64,000 nt of DNA from Dehalococcoidia bacterium. GTDB lineage: Bacteria > Chloroflexota > Dehalococcoidia > Lucifugimonadales > UBA3495. The notes below the pieces were generated by a model that worked only from the letters and a program-made list of their open reading frames with translations, was not told the origin of the DNA and ran no database searches. Location: positions 719,386-783,385 of the forward strand of contig OY763929.1 in NCBI GenBank assembly GCA_963667675.1. The letters run 5' to 3'. Below, piece after piece: positions 28,607-37,856 of this stretch. A program made the position numbers and the translations under genes. Every line of letters starts with the position of its first letter. The first letter of the stretch is position 1.

Positions 28607-29599
28607 TCAAACCAACTTCATCTGAAACCCGCCGTCATCCGGCCGTCCCGCGCCGTCCAAATGCACCGCCGGGTACCCCAGTCCCCGCAGGTGCGCCGCC
28701 AACTCGGGAAACCCGTTGACCGTGTACACCTCCTTGGCCCCTACCGCACCCACATAGTCCACCAGTTCCTGGAAGTCGGCGTGGTCGCTGTAAGGCAGGT
28801 CCGCGTCGCCCGGACGGCCCCAGCGGCTTCGGCCGTCCGCGGCCCAACCCGTCAGGTTCATGACCCGCAGCCCGCGTACGCCATTCAGCACGTCCCGGCC
28901 CGCCTTCCCGGGAGGGCATATCACCACCCTCCCCTCGGGCCACCGGCCATCGAACGCCTTGAGCGGACCCGGAAAAGCCACTCCACCTTCTTCGTATGCC
29001 CTGGCCACCCGGTAAACGCTCTCTTCCACAGCCACGTCGAAGCCCATGCCCTGCAGTAGGTGCAGCAACTCCTGGGCCTTCCCCAATCGCCAGGCGTGAA
29101 TCACCGGACTCTCCCCGCGCTCTATCCACGAGCCCAGGATCCGGCAGGCGGTGTCCAGCGTCTGCTCTTCCGGCGGGAACGCGTATTCCGGCCTGCCGTA
29201 GGTGGCTTCCATCACCAAAATGTCGCAAGACACCGGCTCCAGCGGTTCGTTGGTGGGGCTGGGCCGGGGCTTGAAGTCCCCCGTATAGAGCAGCCTCTCA
29301 CCGGTGTTCTTGTCCGTCACCAACACCTGCGCCGATCCCAGGCAGTGGCCGGCGGGATGCAGTGTAATGGTGTACTCCTCGGCATCCAGCGGCTCGCCGT
29401 AGTCCAGTAGCATGGGACTGGACCCGTTCAAATACTCGGCCAGCAACAGCCCCGTGTTCCGGGTCATCACCGGCCGTTGGTGCTTTGCGGTGTGGTCCGA
29501 GTGGGCGTGGGAGATAAGCCCGAACTCCCGCCGTCGGCGGGAGTCCAGCCACAGGTCCAGCTTGGGAAGATGCACTCCCCGTTGAAACCCTACTTCCAA
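28607..29599 (-). CDS. MBL-fold, beta-CASP-like exonuclease (ligase-associated DNA-damage-response exonuclease type)
   Basis: ISHAHSDHT, HPAGHCLGSA, YTGDF..., and a C-terminal ...YSDHADFQELVDYV... pattern. 330 aa. Confidence 0.65.
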   Translation of the reverse strand: MEVGFQRGVHLPKLDLWLDSRRRREFGLISHAHSDHTAKHQRPVMTRNTGLLLAEYLNGSSPMLLDYGEPLDAEEYTITLHPAGHCLGSAQVLVTDKNTGERLLYTGDFKPRPSPTNEPLEPVSCDILVMEATYGRPEYAFPPEEQTLDTACRILGSWIERGESPVIHAWRLGKAQELLHLLQGMGFDVAVEESVYRVARAYEEGGVAFPGPLKAFDGRWPEGRVVICPPGKAGRDVLNGVRGLRVMNLTGWAADGRSRWGRPGDADLPYSDHADFQELVDYVGAVGAKEVYTVNGFPELAAHLRGLGYPAVHLDGAGRPDDGGFQMKLV

Positions 29600-29838
29600 C
29601 CCTTCCCTCCCCGCACGAATTCACTCACCGCAATAGATTCCTGCGCCACCCTTTATTCCAGGCGCGTCCACCATCGCATGGCCTGAGCCGCGGCTGTTCC
29701 GTTCGCCCTGAGGCCCTCGAAGGGGGAACGGAACAGCCGCCGTTGTGCCATCGAATCTCGTCTCGCCGTGGAGTATAATACCCCCCGGGCCCGTTTCCAA
29801 CGTAGCACGGCCCACACGTCACCTAACCTGGAGGAACC

Positions 29839-30303
29839 ATGCCCGCAGAAGTCGGCGACGCTGCGCCCGATTTTACCCTACCCGCCACCGGACAACAGGA
29901 CATCTCCCTCGGCCAGTACCGGGGACAAAAGCACGTGGTCCTGTCCTTCCACGTGCTCGACTTCACCGGCGGTTGAACCACGCAAGCCATCTCCTTCCGG
30001 TCGGCCAACGGCCGGTTCGAGGAGAGCGATGCCCAGGTTCTGGGCATTAGCTGCGACCACGTTTACGCCCACCAGGCTTGGGCCACGTCCATGGGTGGAC
30101 TGCCCTACCCCTGCCTGGGCGACTGGCATCCCAAGGGCAAAATGTCCGCCGACTACGGCGTGTGGAACGAAGAGCGCGGCGCCCCCAACCGGGCCGTGAT
30201 CGTCGTAGATAAGCAGGGCGTCGTCCGATTCCGGCGCATCTACGAGGCTGGCGTTCTGCCCGACCCCGATGAGATACTGCAGGTCATCCGGGGGCTGGGC
30301 TAG
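29839..30303 (+). CDS. peroxiredoxin (BCP/PrxQ-like) with in-frame TGA at the peroxidatic Cys codon; candidate selenoprotein, alternatively a pseudogene
   Basis: RBS GGAGG lies before ATG 29839. The translation is MPAEVGDAAPDFTLPATGQQDISLGQYRGQKHVVLSFHVLDFTGG-[TGA 29974-29976]-TTQAISFRSANGRFEESDAQVLGISCDH...VIVVDKQGVVRF. The TGA sits exactly where the family has DFTPGCTTE. Confidence 0.6.
29991..30024 (+). promoter_or_regulatory. SECIS-like hairpin 15 nt downstream of the in-frame UGA
   Basis: CTCCTT-CCGGTCG-(GCCAA)-CGGCCGG-TTC-GAGGAG gives about 13 bp in two helices with a 3-nt bulge and a 5-nt apical loop (hand-folded). Confidence 0.35.
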
Positions 30304-30373
30304 GGGACCGGAAAGGAAACGGGCGGGCCAACGCCCGCCCAATCCATGTGCGGTTCGCTCAGGAAAGTCCCGG

Positions 30374-31198
30374 TCAGGCCTTGATTGACTTGATTACGTA
30401 GTGCAATGTGCCCTTGGGTACGTTGACCGTAACCTCGTCGCCTACCGTCCGGTCCATCAGCGCCTGGCCCACCGGCGACACCGTGGAAATCTTGCCCGAC
30501 GCCGCATCCGCTTCCCTGACGTCTACTAGGGTGTAATTGGCCTTCTTGCCCGTGTCCGCGTGCTCCAGGGTCACCCGCGCCCCAACCACCACCCGCTGGC
30601 TGGCCCGCCGCGAGGACTCGTTACGCAGGATCTGGGCGTTGTTGATGGCCGATTCCAACTCCCGGATGCGGGATTCGGTCAGGGCCTGCCGTTCCTTGGC
30701 CGCGTCCAAGGGAGCGTTTTCCCGGAAGTCCTTGTCCGCCATCGCCAGGCGAATGTCTTCTATCACGTTGATCCGGTCCACCTTCAGGACCTCTAATTGT
30801 GCCACCAGCCTGTCGTACCCTTCTTGCGTCAACTGGCTGCCCTGCTCCTCCCGGTTGGCCGGGGCGCTCTTCTTCCCGCTGCCCTTGCGTCCCCTGGGAA
30901 TTCGCAGATGCGACGCCAGGCCGTTCTGGATCCACCCCTCATCCTTCCAAAACCCCAGGAAGGCTTTCACCGAACTCAGCCGCTGGGCCGCTTCCTGGCC
31001 TCCCTGCCCCGCTTTCTCGGCATAGCTGGCTACTTCGGCTGGCGTCACCTCCACCACGTTCCTTTCCCGCCCGCAGTTATCGACGAACCGCGTCAGCGCC
31101 CGGTGGTCCAACTTCGCCCCCGCCCCGTTCTTCTTTGATGCCAGGAACATGGTTAAAGCTTGCGAAATGGATGGCTTGGCGTCAGTGGTCACCTTCAA
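30374..31198 (-). CDS. GreA/GreB-family transcript cleavage factor with a ~115-aa N-terminal extension
   Basis: The C-terminal ~155 aa has a coiled coil plus ...VVVGARVTLEH..TGKKANYTLV...ISTVSPVGQALMDRTVGDEVTVNVPKG, the GreA pattern. The N-terminal part is not GreA-like. Confidence 0.7.
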   Translation of the reverse strand: MKVTTDAKPSISQALTMFLASKKNGAGAKLDHRALTRFVDNCGRERNVVEVTPAEVASYAEKAGQGGQEAAQRLSSVKAFLGFWKDEGWIQNGLASHLRIPRGRKGSGKKSAPANREEQGSQLTQEGYDRLVAQLEVLKVDRINVIEDIRLAMADKDFRENAPLDAAKERQALTESRIRELESAINNAQILRNESSRRASQRVVVGARVTLEHADTGKKANYTLVDVREADAASGKISTVSPVGQALMDRTVGDEVTVNVPKGTLHYVIKSIKA

Positions 31199-31476
31199 TA
31201 CCTCCAGCGATTTGCCAGGTTGCTAACCTAAGCTAAGCCTTTGCGAAACCCAGCACAATCGCCTTTGCCGCATATTAAATCCACCATATATTGTCGACGC
31301 AATGACTGCTTTTCGGTGCGACATGCTGAACCTACGTATCACTCGTGAGAAGCCATCCGATATGATATCAGGTTCCAAATGGGATGGCAAACAGCCAACC
31401 ACGCCGGCAAGTTGTATACTACCGCCCGTAATACAATCCGCATCAGATGCCCTGTATCCCTTATAGGAGGACCACC

Positions 31477-32448
31477 ATGAAGGCAGTGCAGATAGACGAA
31501 TACGGCGGCCCAGAGGTCCTGAAATACCGGGATGTCGCCGACCCGACTCCCGGCCCCGGCGAGGCCGTGGTCGACGTTCAGGCCATAGGTGTCAACTTCA
31601 CCGATACCTATAGCCGGGCCGGTGTCAACCCGGTCCCCAGCTTGCCTTGGACCGTCGGCGTAGAGGCGGCCGGCGTGGTCAGCGCCGTCGGCCCCGAAGT
31701 ATCCGAGGTTGCCGAGGGCGACAACGTGGCTTTCTGTTCCTTTCCACCCGGTTGCTACGCAGAAAAGGTCGCAGTCCAGTCATGGCGGCTGGTCAAGCGG
31801 CCTGAGGGAGTCGACGCCCGGACGGGAGCCGCCGCCATACTCCAGGGCATGACCGCCCATTACCTGTGCCACTCCACCTATGCGGTGCAGGAGGGCGACC
31901 GCGTACTGGTCCACGCCGGCGCAGGCGGTACCGGCCTGCTCCTCACCCAGATGGTCAAGCGTCTCGGCGGCTACGTCTTCTCCACCGTGTCCACCGAGGA
32001 AAAGGCCGAGCTTTCCAGGGCCGCCGGAGCAGACCACGTGATTCTGTACACTCAGCAGGACTTCGCCGAGGAGGTCAAGAGCGCCACCAACGGCCAGGGC
32101 GTCCAGGCAGTCTACGACGCAGTCGGCCAGACCACCTTCGACCAGAGCGTCAGTTGCCTGGCCCGCCGCGGCTACATGGTGCTGTACGGACAGGCCAGCG
32201 GGGCCCCGGACCCCGTCGACCCTCGCCGCCTGGGACCAGGCTCCCTCTACCTCACCCGCCCGGGGCTGGCCGATTACATGGCCGACAGGGATGAACTGGA
32301 GAAACGCTCCACCGACGTCCTCGATTGGGTCCAGTCCGGCGAACTCAAGCTCAGGGTCGAGCACGTGTTTTCCCTTGGCGATGCCGCGGAAGCCCATCGC
32401 CAGTTGGAGGGACGGGCCACTACCGGCAAACTCCTCCTCATTCCCTGA
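31477..32448 (+). CDS. qor: NADPH:quinone oxidoreductase (zeta-crystallin/MDR family)
   Basis: MKAVQIDEYGGPEVLKY..., VHAGAGGTGLLLTQ, and it ends ...EAHRQLEGRATTGKLLLIP. RBS AGGAGG lies before ATG 31477. Confidence 0.85.
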   Translation: MKAVQIDEYGGPEVLKYRDVADPTPGPGEAVVDVQAIGVNFTDTYSRAGVNPVPSLPWTVGVEAAGVVSAVGPEVSEVAEGDNVAFCSFPPGCYAEKVAVQSWRLVKRPEGVDARTGAAAILQGMTAHYLCHSTYAVQEGDRVLVHAGAGGTGLLLTQMVKRLGGYVFSTVSTEEKAELSRAAGADHVILYTQQDFAEEVKSATNGQGVQAVYDAVGQTTFDQSVSCLARRGYMVLYGQASGAPDPVDPRRLGPGSLYLTRPGLADYMADRDELEKRSTDVLDWVQSGELKLRVEHVFSLGDAAEAHRQLEGRATTGKLLLIP

Positions 32449-32475
32449 TAGCCGGGCCCTGTTCCTACTCTCCAA

Positions 32476-35298
32476 ATGCCCAACATAGTCTCGGAACGGC
32501 CCGGCAAAGACAACGCCTCTCTTCGGATAAGCGGCTTCCTGGAACGGCGCGCCGGCATCGTCATCGCGGCCGCCCTAGCCCTGACGCTGCTGCTTATCAT
32601 CCCCCTCCTGGCCATGGATCCCGACGACGAGGCATCGAGCGACCCCGAGGGTCAGGTGTTTTATCTCTAAGACACCCTCGATCAGCGATTCCAGGCCGTG
32701 GTGCACGGCTCAGCCTACATCCTTGAAGCCCGGGACGGTGATGTCCTGACCCAGTCCGTCCTTTGGGAGTTGTACCGGAACACCCAGGAGTTGCGTGACG
32801 TGGACGCCCAGGGGCAGCTTGCTCCCGATTCTCTGCCCCGCCAGCCGTATCTATACTCTAGCTTCCAGACCTACACGCAACGCCCCTTCACCGGCGTGTC
32901 CACCATCGCCGACCACGTCCAGCAGGCGCTCCTGCAGGACCCCTCGCTAAAGGCCTCCTTGGAAACGGCAACCGACCAACAGGTTAAGCTGGCGGTCCAC
33001 CGGCTGCTGTCCAACCCCCTCACCGGCGGTCTGCAGAACACCCTTTCCGTAAAGGCCTCCAGCGTGAGCAGGGAAATAGCTGGCGAGACCATCGACTACT
33101 GGACCTCGCCGGGGTTGGTATTCACCGTGCTGGCCGACAACGACAAGCTGGGAGGACAGTCCGCCGTCCGCGGCGGGCTCGGCGCCGGCGACGCCGCCCT
33201 GGACAAGGAGAAGTTCAACCGCAACGTCCAGGACGTGCTGCGAGGGGACCAGCGCAGCTTCGAGCTTTGGGGCATCGCACTGGACCAGAACCTGGAAGCC
33301 GAAGACGAGGGCCGCATAGCCGGGATTTTCATCATGTTGACCGTCGTCACCGTGGTGATAGTGGTGGGTCTCAGCCTCCGGTCTTACTGGGCCATGGCGC
33401 TGACCGGGACGGGCCTGGGCGCAATGATGATTTGGCTGGGCGGCATCTCCAACCTGGTCGGCCTGAAGGACGGACTGGTCATAGATTTCATCGTCCCCAT
33501 CGCCATGGTGGCCCTGGGAGTGGACTTTGTCGTTCACGCCGTCCGCCGTTACCAGGAGGAGAAGAGCGCCGGCTACGCCCCCGGACCCGCCCTCCGGATA
33601 GGCCTCGCCGGGGTGATGGGCGCCCTGGTGCTGGCCATGCTCAGCGACGGCATCGCCTTCCTGGCCAACACCGCGTCGGGCATCGAGGCCGTGGTCCACT
33701 TCGGCCTCGCCGCCGGAATCGCCGTCGGGTCGTCGTTTCTCATCCTTGGCGTAGTTGCCCCCCTTGCCCTGGCCAAGATTGACCGGCTTAAGGCCGGCGA
33801 CAATCCACCGCCGGGGATCCTCGGCCACACAGCCAGGGCCTTCGGTGGGTTGGGCGTCGCGTCGATGTCCGCCAACGGCGTTCTGCTGCTTGTCGTCGGC
33901 ATCACCGTCCCCGGCGTCGGCCTCATCCTGGGGTCCATATTCATGTTCCTGCTGGTGCCCGCATTTTGGCTCCGCTTCCGCAACCGGGGCGCGCCGGAAC
34001 CGCCGGCCCAGGAAACCGTTGCCCCTCAGGAGGGGACCCTGGAGGCATGGCTCTCTTCCCTGGTCGTCCGCTTGGCCTGCTTCCGGCTGGCGGTGTTGTT
34101 GACCGCGGCGGGCATCACCGCCGGCGCCGTCGTGTTCGCCCTTCAACTGGAAGCCGAATTCGACGTCAAAGACTTCTTCGACAGCCAGTCCGACTTCGTT
34201 GTCGGCCTCGACAAGCTGGACGAGCACGTGGGCCAGCGGCGCGGCGAGCAGGCCCTCATATATCTGGAGGGCGACCTGGCCTCACCCCAGGCGCTGGCTT
34301 CCATACAGTTGCTAATTCAAAGGTTCGCGGCCAATCCCCACATTGCCAGGGACGCCGACGGGACCCCGTTCATCCAGGAACCCAACGTCGTCGACGTGCT
34401 AACCAGGGTAACCGCCTCTCCCTACGCCAGGGATCGGGTCCAGGAGATGACCGGCGTCCAGATCGATGACGGAAACGGCGACGGGTTGCCCGACACCCGC
34501 GAACAGGTTTCGGCGGTCATGGGCTACGCGGTCGCCTATGGGGTCCCCCTGGACGACGCCACTCTCGTCTACGACGCCGGAAGGGTCAGGGAAGTCCTGT
34601 CTTATCAACCGGCGGCCGGCCAAGACGCCGCCGCCTTGCTAACCCTCGGCATTCCCGATTCCAGGGAGCAAACGACAGTCAGGGTCGCCAGGGAAGCCCT
34701 CACCCAAGACCTTGCCTTCCTAGCCGATTCCCCAGTCATAACCGATTTCGGCATTACCGGCTCGCCCTTCGTACGCGAGGGCCAGCTTGCCGCCGTCACC
34801 AGCACGCTGCAGACCTCGCTGCCCATCGCGGTGGTCGCCACCCTCGCGCTGCTGCTGGTTGCCCTGCGCTCCGTCAGGTACGCGCTGGTGACCGTAGTCC
34901 CGGTGGTGCTCGTCGCCGCCTGGCTCTATGGCATCATGTACCTGGTGGGATTCAACCTCAACTTTGTGACCGCCACCATCGGCGCGGTTTCCATCGGCGT
35001 GGGCATCGACTATTCCGTCCACATGACCGTGCGCTTCAGGGAGGAACTGGGCAGGTCCGCCGACCGCATGAACGCCTTGCGCCGGGCGGCCAACGGCACG
35101 GGCATGGCCCTCGCGGTTTCGGCGATCTCATCGATTCTGGGGTTCGCCATCCTGGGATTCGCCCCCATGCCCATGTTTTCCGCCTTCGGCATCCTTACCG
35201 CAATTATGGTCTTCCTGGCCCTCGCCGCCTCGATAGTTGTGCTGCCCTCGTTGTTGCTCCTGGCCGCGCCCGACAAGGCCAAGGTCCCAGCCGCCTGA
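32476..35298 (+). pseudogene. MMPL/RND-superfamily transporter interrupted by an in-frame TAA (32668-32670)
   Basis: ORFs 32476-32670 (carrying TM1: GIVIAAALALTLLLIIPLLAM) and 32698-35298 (periplasmic loop then TM2-12) are in the same frame, separated by a single TAA. The downstream ORF alone lacks TM1. Confidence 0.65.
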
Positions 35299-35326
35299 CC
35301 CTCCGTCAACGCGTCCCTGTCCGTCC

Positions 35327-35833
35327 CTACACGTCCAATGACCGCCGTATGTCCCACTCATGGTGCACCGCATCGTGACAATTCGACTGCACCAGGTCCG
35401 TTAGGGAGATAAGCCCCCGCTCGGGATGGCTGAAAGTAGGCTCTCGCCGGACCGCGGCCTCAAACGCCTCTTGCCACGCCGCCGCCGCATGGGAGAGCGC
35501 CCAAAGCGCAGTACCCAGGGGGATGGACTCGTACCTCCGCACCGAAGCCAATTCGTCCTGGTCATAGGCTTCTATTTCTACGTGCCCGGCCTCCACCGAA
35601 CTCCACATCCGCTCGGCCCAAATCCGCAGATTATCGCCAACGTGACACACGTAGGCCCCCACCGACCAACGCAGCCCCGGATGCCGCACCGACCCGTCCC
35701 GACCCTCCAGCAGCCCAGCATACCGCCCCGGAATTTCAGCCACTATCGCCGCCGCTGCCTTTACCGAAATAGACCAATCAAACCCGCACTCTCTACAGGG
35801 GTTTCCGTATACCCTGATCCCCCAGGCATTCAC
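35327..35833 (-). CDS. DinB-superfamily (DinB_2-like) protein
   Basis: 168 aa with a GTG start. Four-helix-bundle His pattern (...YVCHVGDNL..., ...NCHDAVHHEWDI...). Confidence 0.6.
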   Translation of the reverse strand: MNAWGIRVYGNPCRECGFDWSISVKAAAAIVAEIPGRYAGLLEGRDGSVRHPGLRWSVGAYVCHVGDNLRIWAERMWSSVEAGHVEIEAYDQDELASVRRYESIPLGTALWALSHAAAAWQEAFEAAVRREPTFSHPERGLISLTDLVQSNCHDAVHHEWDIRRSLDV

Positions 35834-35872
35834 AGGCGCGCCTCCACCGGCAAGCTGCTGCTGATCCCCTGA
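35834..35872 (+). repeat. remnant B of a qor-type 3' end (...HRRASTGKLLLIP*)
   Basis: ACCGGCAAGCTGCTGCTGATCCCCTGA parallels the end of qor (ACCGGCAAACTCCTCCTCATTCCCTGA), mostly with synonymous-type differences. Confidence 0.6.
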
Positions 35873-36154
35873 TAGTGGTATATTTGACTCTAAACGACTC
35901 TATCGTTCCATCGTCCCAGGATTTACGTCCCAGCACTCAGGGCACATGCTATTCGCAAACCGACAGTTAGGCCGAACAAAATTGGAATCACCTTGACGGT
36001 CATTCACTGGGCCGTCGGTCGGTAACTCAGGCCCATCTCAAGTACTGTCGACGGTCACGTAGTAAACGGCGCGTGACGGGATAGCAGAAACGATGCTAGT
36101 GGACAGGTGGTTCTGCTATTATAAAGTCACAAAAACAACATTCAGTAGAGAGCG

Positions 36155-37846
36155 ATGACACTGCAAGAACCGCCATTAAAGTCTGAACTTAATCCCTTGG
36201 AAGATCGAGGAGCAAGATGCATCGACTCCTGGGTCTCCGAGGCTCCTCTAAAACTAGTGGCGTGGGCCTTGGAGTCCACTGGCCGGACCGCAAAAACCGT
36301 GGCTATCAGGGAAAAGATAACAAGCAACGTGGTGCAGGACTTTAATTGGAAGACCTGGTGGCGCAGGGTACTGCCGGCTGTGAAGGAATCACGCCATTTC
36401 AGTGTCCGCAGCAACAATTCCATCCGACTCATGGCAAAATTGGACGACATACCGGCTCGTCGTTGGGAACACCTTCCATCACCAGCCAAGAAGCCAAGGC
36501 AGAAATCGCCCTCGGTGGGCGATTGGCGGGCGTGGTTCCTAAACCCGACTCCGGAACCGCCCCCAGCGCGTTGGCCGACCAAGGCTGCGTATAACGCTCT
36601 CACCAAGCTTCCCACAAAGGACATAACACCCGCATTAGAGCGGACAATGTGGGGGGCTGGAGAATTCTTGGCATCGGACAGCCTTTCAGGCCAAGCTGCC
36701 ACGGCATGGATGGAGTCCGTGAGCCGCGCATTTGTGAGATTTAGAGACTTGGAAGACCTCGAGTCCGTCAGTTCTGGAGCCCGGTCTGTCGCTGAACTTT
36801 TAGCGCGGCTGGTAATAGTGGCCAGATTTACCACCCAAGCGGTTGAGTGTCTGGTCTCGACCGGTTCCTTCTCTAATCGACCATGTGTGTGGCAGCAAGG
36901 ATTTGCAGCAGGAATGTGGCGGGCTATGCAAGGTGCCGAGAACCACACTTCAGAGTTGCCGAGAGCCCTATTAGCCCATGTTGAGCCTCCAAGCCGCACC
37001 GAGCTTGCCAGGGACCTAATTCTAGGAGCATTGTTAGGACCCGACCCAACACGCGAGCATTTCAAACTAGACCGGTTGTTGGACCAGTTATCAGTACGCG
37101 ACCGAGCCAAGCTCATCTTGGAACTGATGGTTCGAGCTGGAACAGAAGATTCGTCTGCGGACAGGCTTCGAGACTACATTGCAAACAGCCGCTACGTTGG
37201 CCGGCTATCAGCTTCAGACGGACAACGCCTAGACGTGTTGGTCATAGCGTCTCTGCTTCTAACTGATGGCTCAGGGCCGATCGTCAGACAGGCATCACAG
37301 GAGATTAGAGAAGTGCTAGCTAGCCCTTCTGGACGCAAGCAACGCCCGATTTGGCGTGGTTTGTTAACCGAGGCCGAGCAACACATCGATGATCTACGGC
37401 GGGAACACCGTATTGCAGTACGGGATCTGCAATCGCACTATGAGAGCCAGTTGGAAGATAGCCGACGGCAGAAAGAAGAGCTAACCAAACAGGTGCAAAG
37501 TCTCAGATCTCAAATTGCCGCTGGTCGCGAGGAATCCAAGTTGGACATCCGCCAAGATATGTTGACTGTAATTGCAGACACTCTGCAATCCCTTCGCCGA
37601 TGGCAGGACAGTGAGGACCGAGTAGCTCACCACGTTGAGGCGAGGCTTATCCTAGCACTCCGGGCTGGTGGAGCCGAGGAATTTGGAGTCGTGGGGGAAA
37701 AATCCCCGTACAATCCCGCGCACCACCAAGCGTCGACGGAAATCACCGTCGACTCACCGGTGCGTGTATCCGCTCCAGGCGCAATTGTCCGTGGCTCATT
37801 GACAGGTGACCGCATCCTTGTAAAGGCACTTGTAGAAGAGGTATAG
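36155..37846 (+). CDS. 563-aa protein: unknown helical N-terminal ~400 aa, a coiled coil, and a GrpE-like C-terminal domain
   Basis: Long ORF in ~50% GC DNA. The C-terminus ...MLTVIADTLQSLRR...VEARLILALRAGGAEEFGVVGEKSPYNPAHHQASTEITVDSPVRVSAPGAIVRGSLTGDRILVKALVEEV aligns by eye with the GrpE C-terminal half (LLPVIDSLDRAL...GVEVI...G..FDPNVHQA...RAAMVTV). Confidence 0.6.
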   Translation: MTLQEPPLKSELNPLEDRGARCIDSWVSEAPLKLVAWALESTGRTAKTVAIREKITSNVVQDFNWKTWWRRVLPAVKESRHFSVRSNNSIRLMAKLDDIPARRWEHLPSPAKKPRQKSPSVGDWRAWFLNPTPEPPPARWPTKAAYNALTKLPTKDITPALERTMWGAGEFLASDSLSGQAATAWMESVSRAFVRFRDLEDLESVSSGARSVAELLARLVIVARFTTQAVECLVSTGSFSNRPCVWQQGFAAGMWRAMQGAENHTSELPRALLAHVEPPSRTELARDLILGALLGPDPTREHFKLDRLLDQLSVRDRAKLILELMVRAGTEDSSADRLRDYIANSRYVGRLSASDGQRLDVLVIASLLLTDGSGPIVRQASQEIREVLASPSGRKQRPIWRGLLTEAEQHIDDLRREHRIAVRDLQSHYESQLEDSRRQKEELTKQVQSLRSQIAAGREESKLDIRQDMLTVIADTLQSLRRWQDSEDRVAHHVEARLILALRAGGAEEFGVVGEKSPYNPAHHQASTEITVDSPVRVSAPGAIVRGSLTGDRILVKALVEEV

Positions 37847-37856
37847 GAGTTCATTT

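Noticed and set aside
32947-34227. 426-aa minus-strand ORF inside the MMPL transporter gene.
   Set aside because: It is antisense to a polytopic transporter with the expected TM topology, and its translation is charged, low-complexity sequence.
36142-37116. 324-aa minus-strand ORF at the start of the low-GC island.
   Set aside because: It is antisense to the 563-aa plus-strand ORF. That ORF is longer, is coupled to the downstream gene and ends in a GrpE-like domain. The antisense translation is Ser/Arg-rich without motifs.
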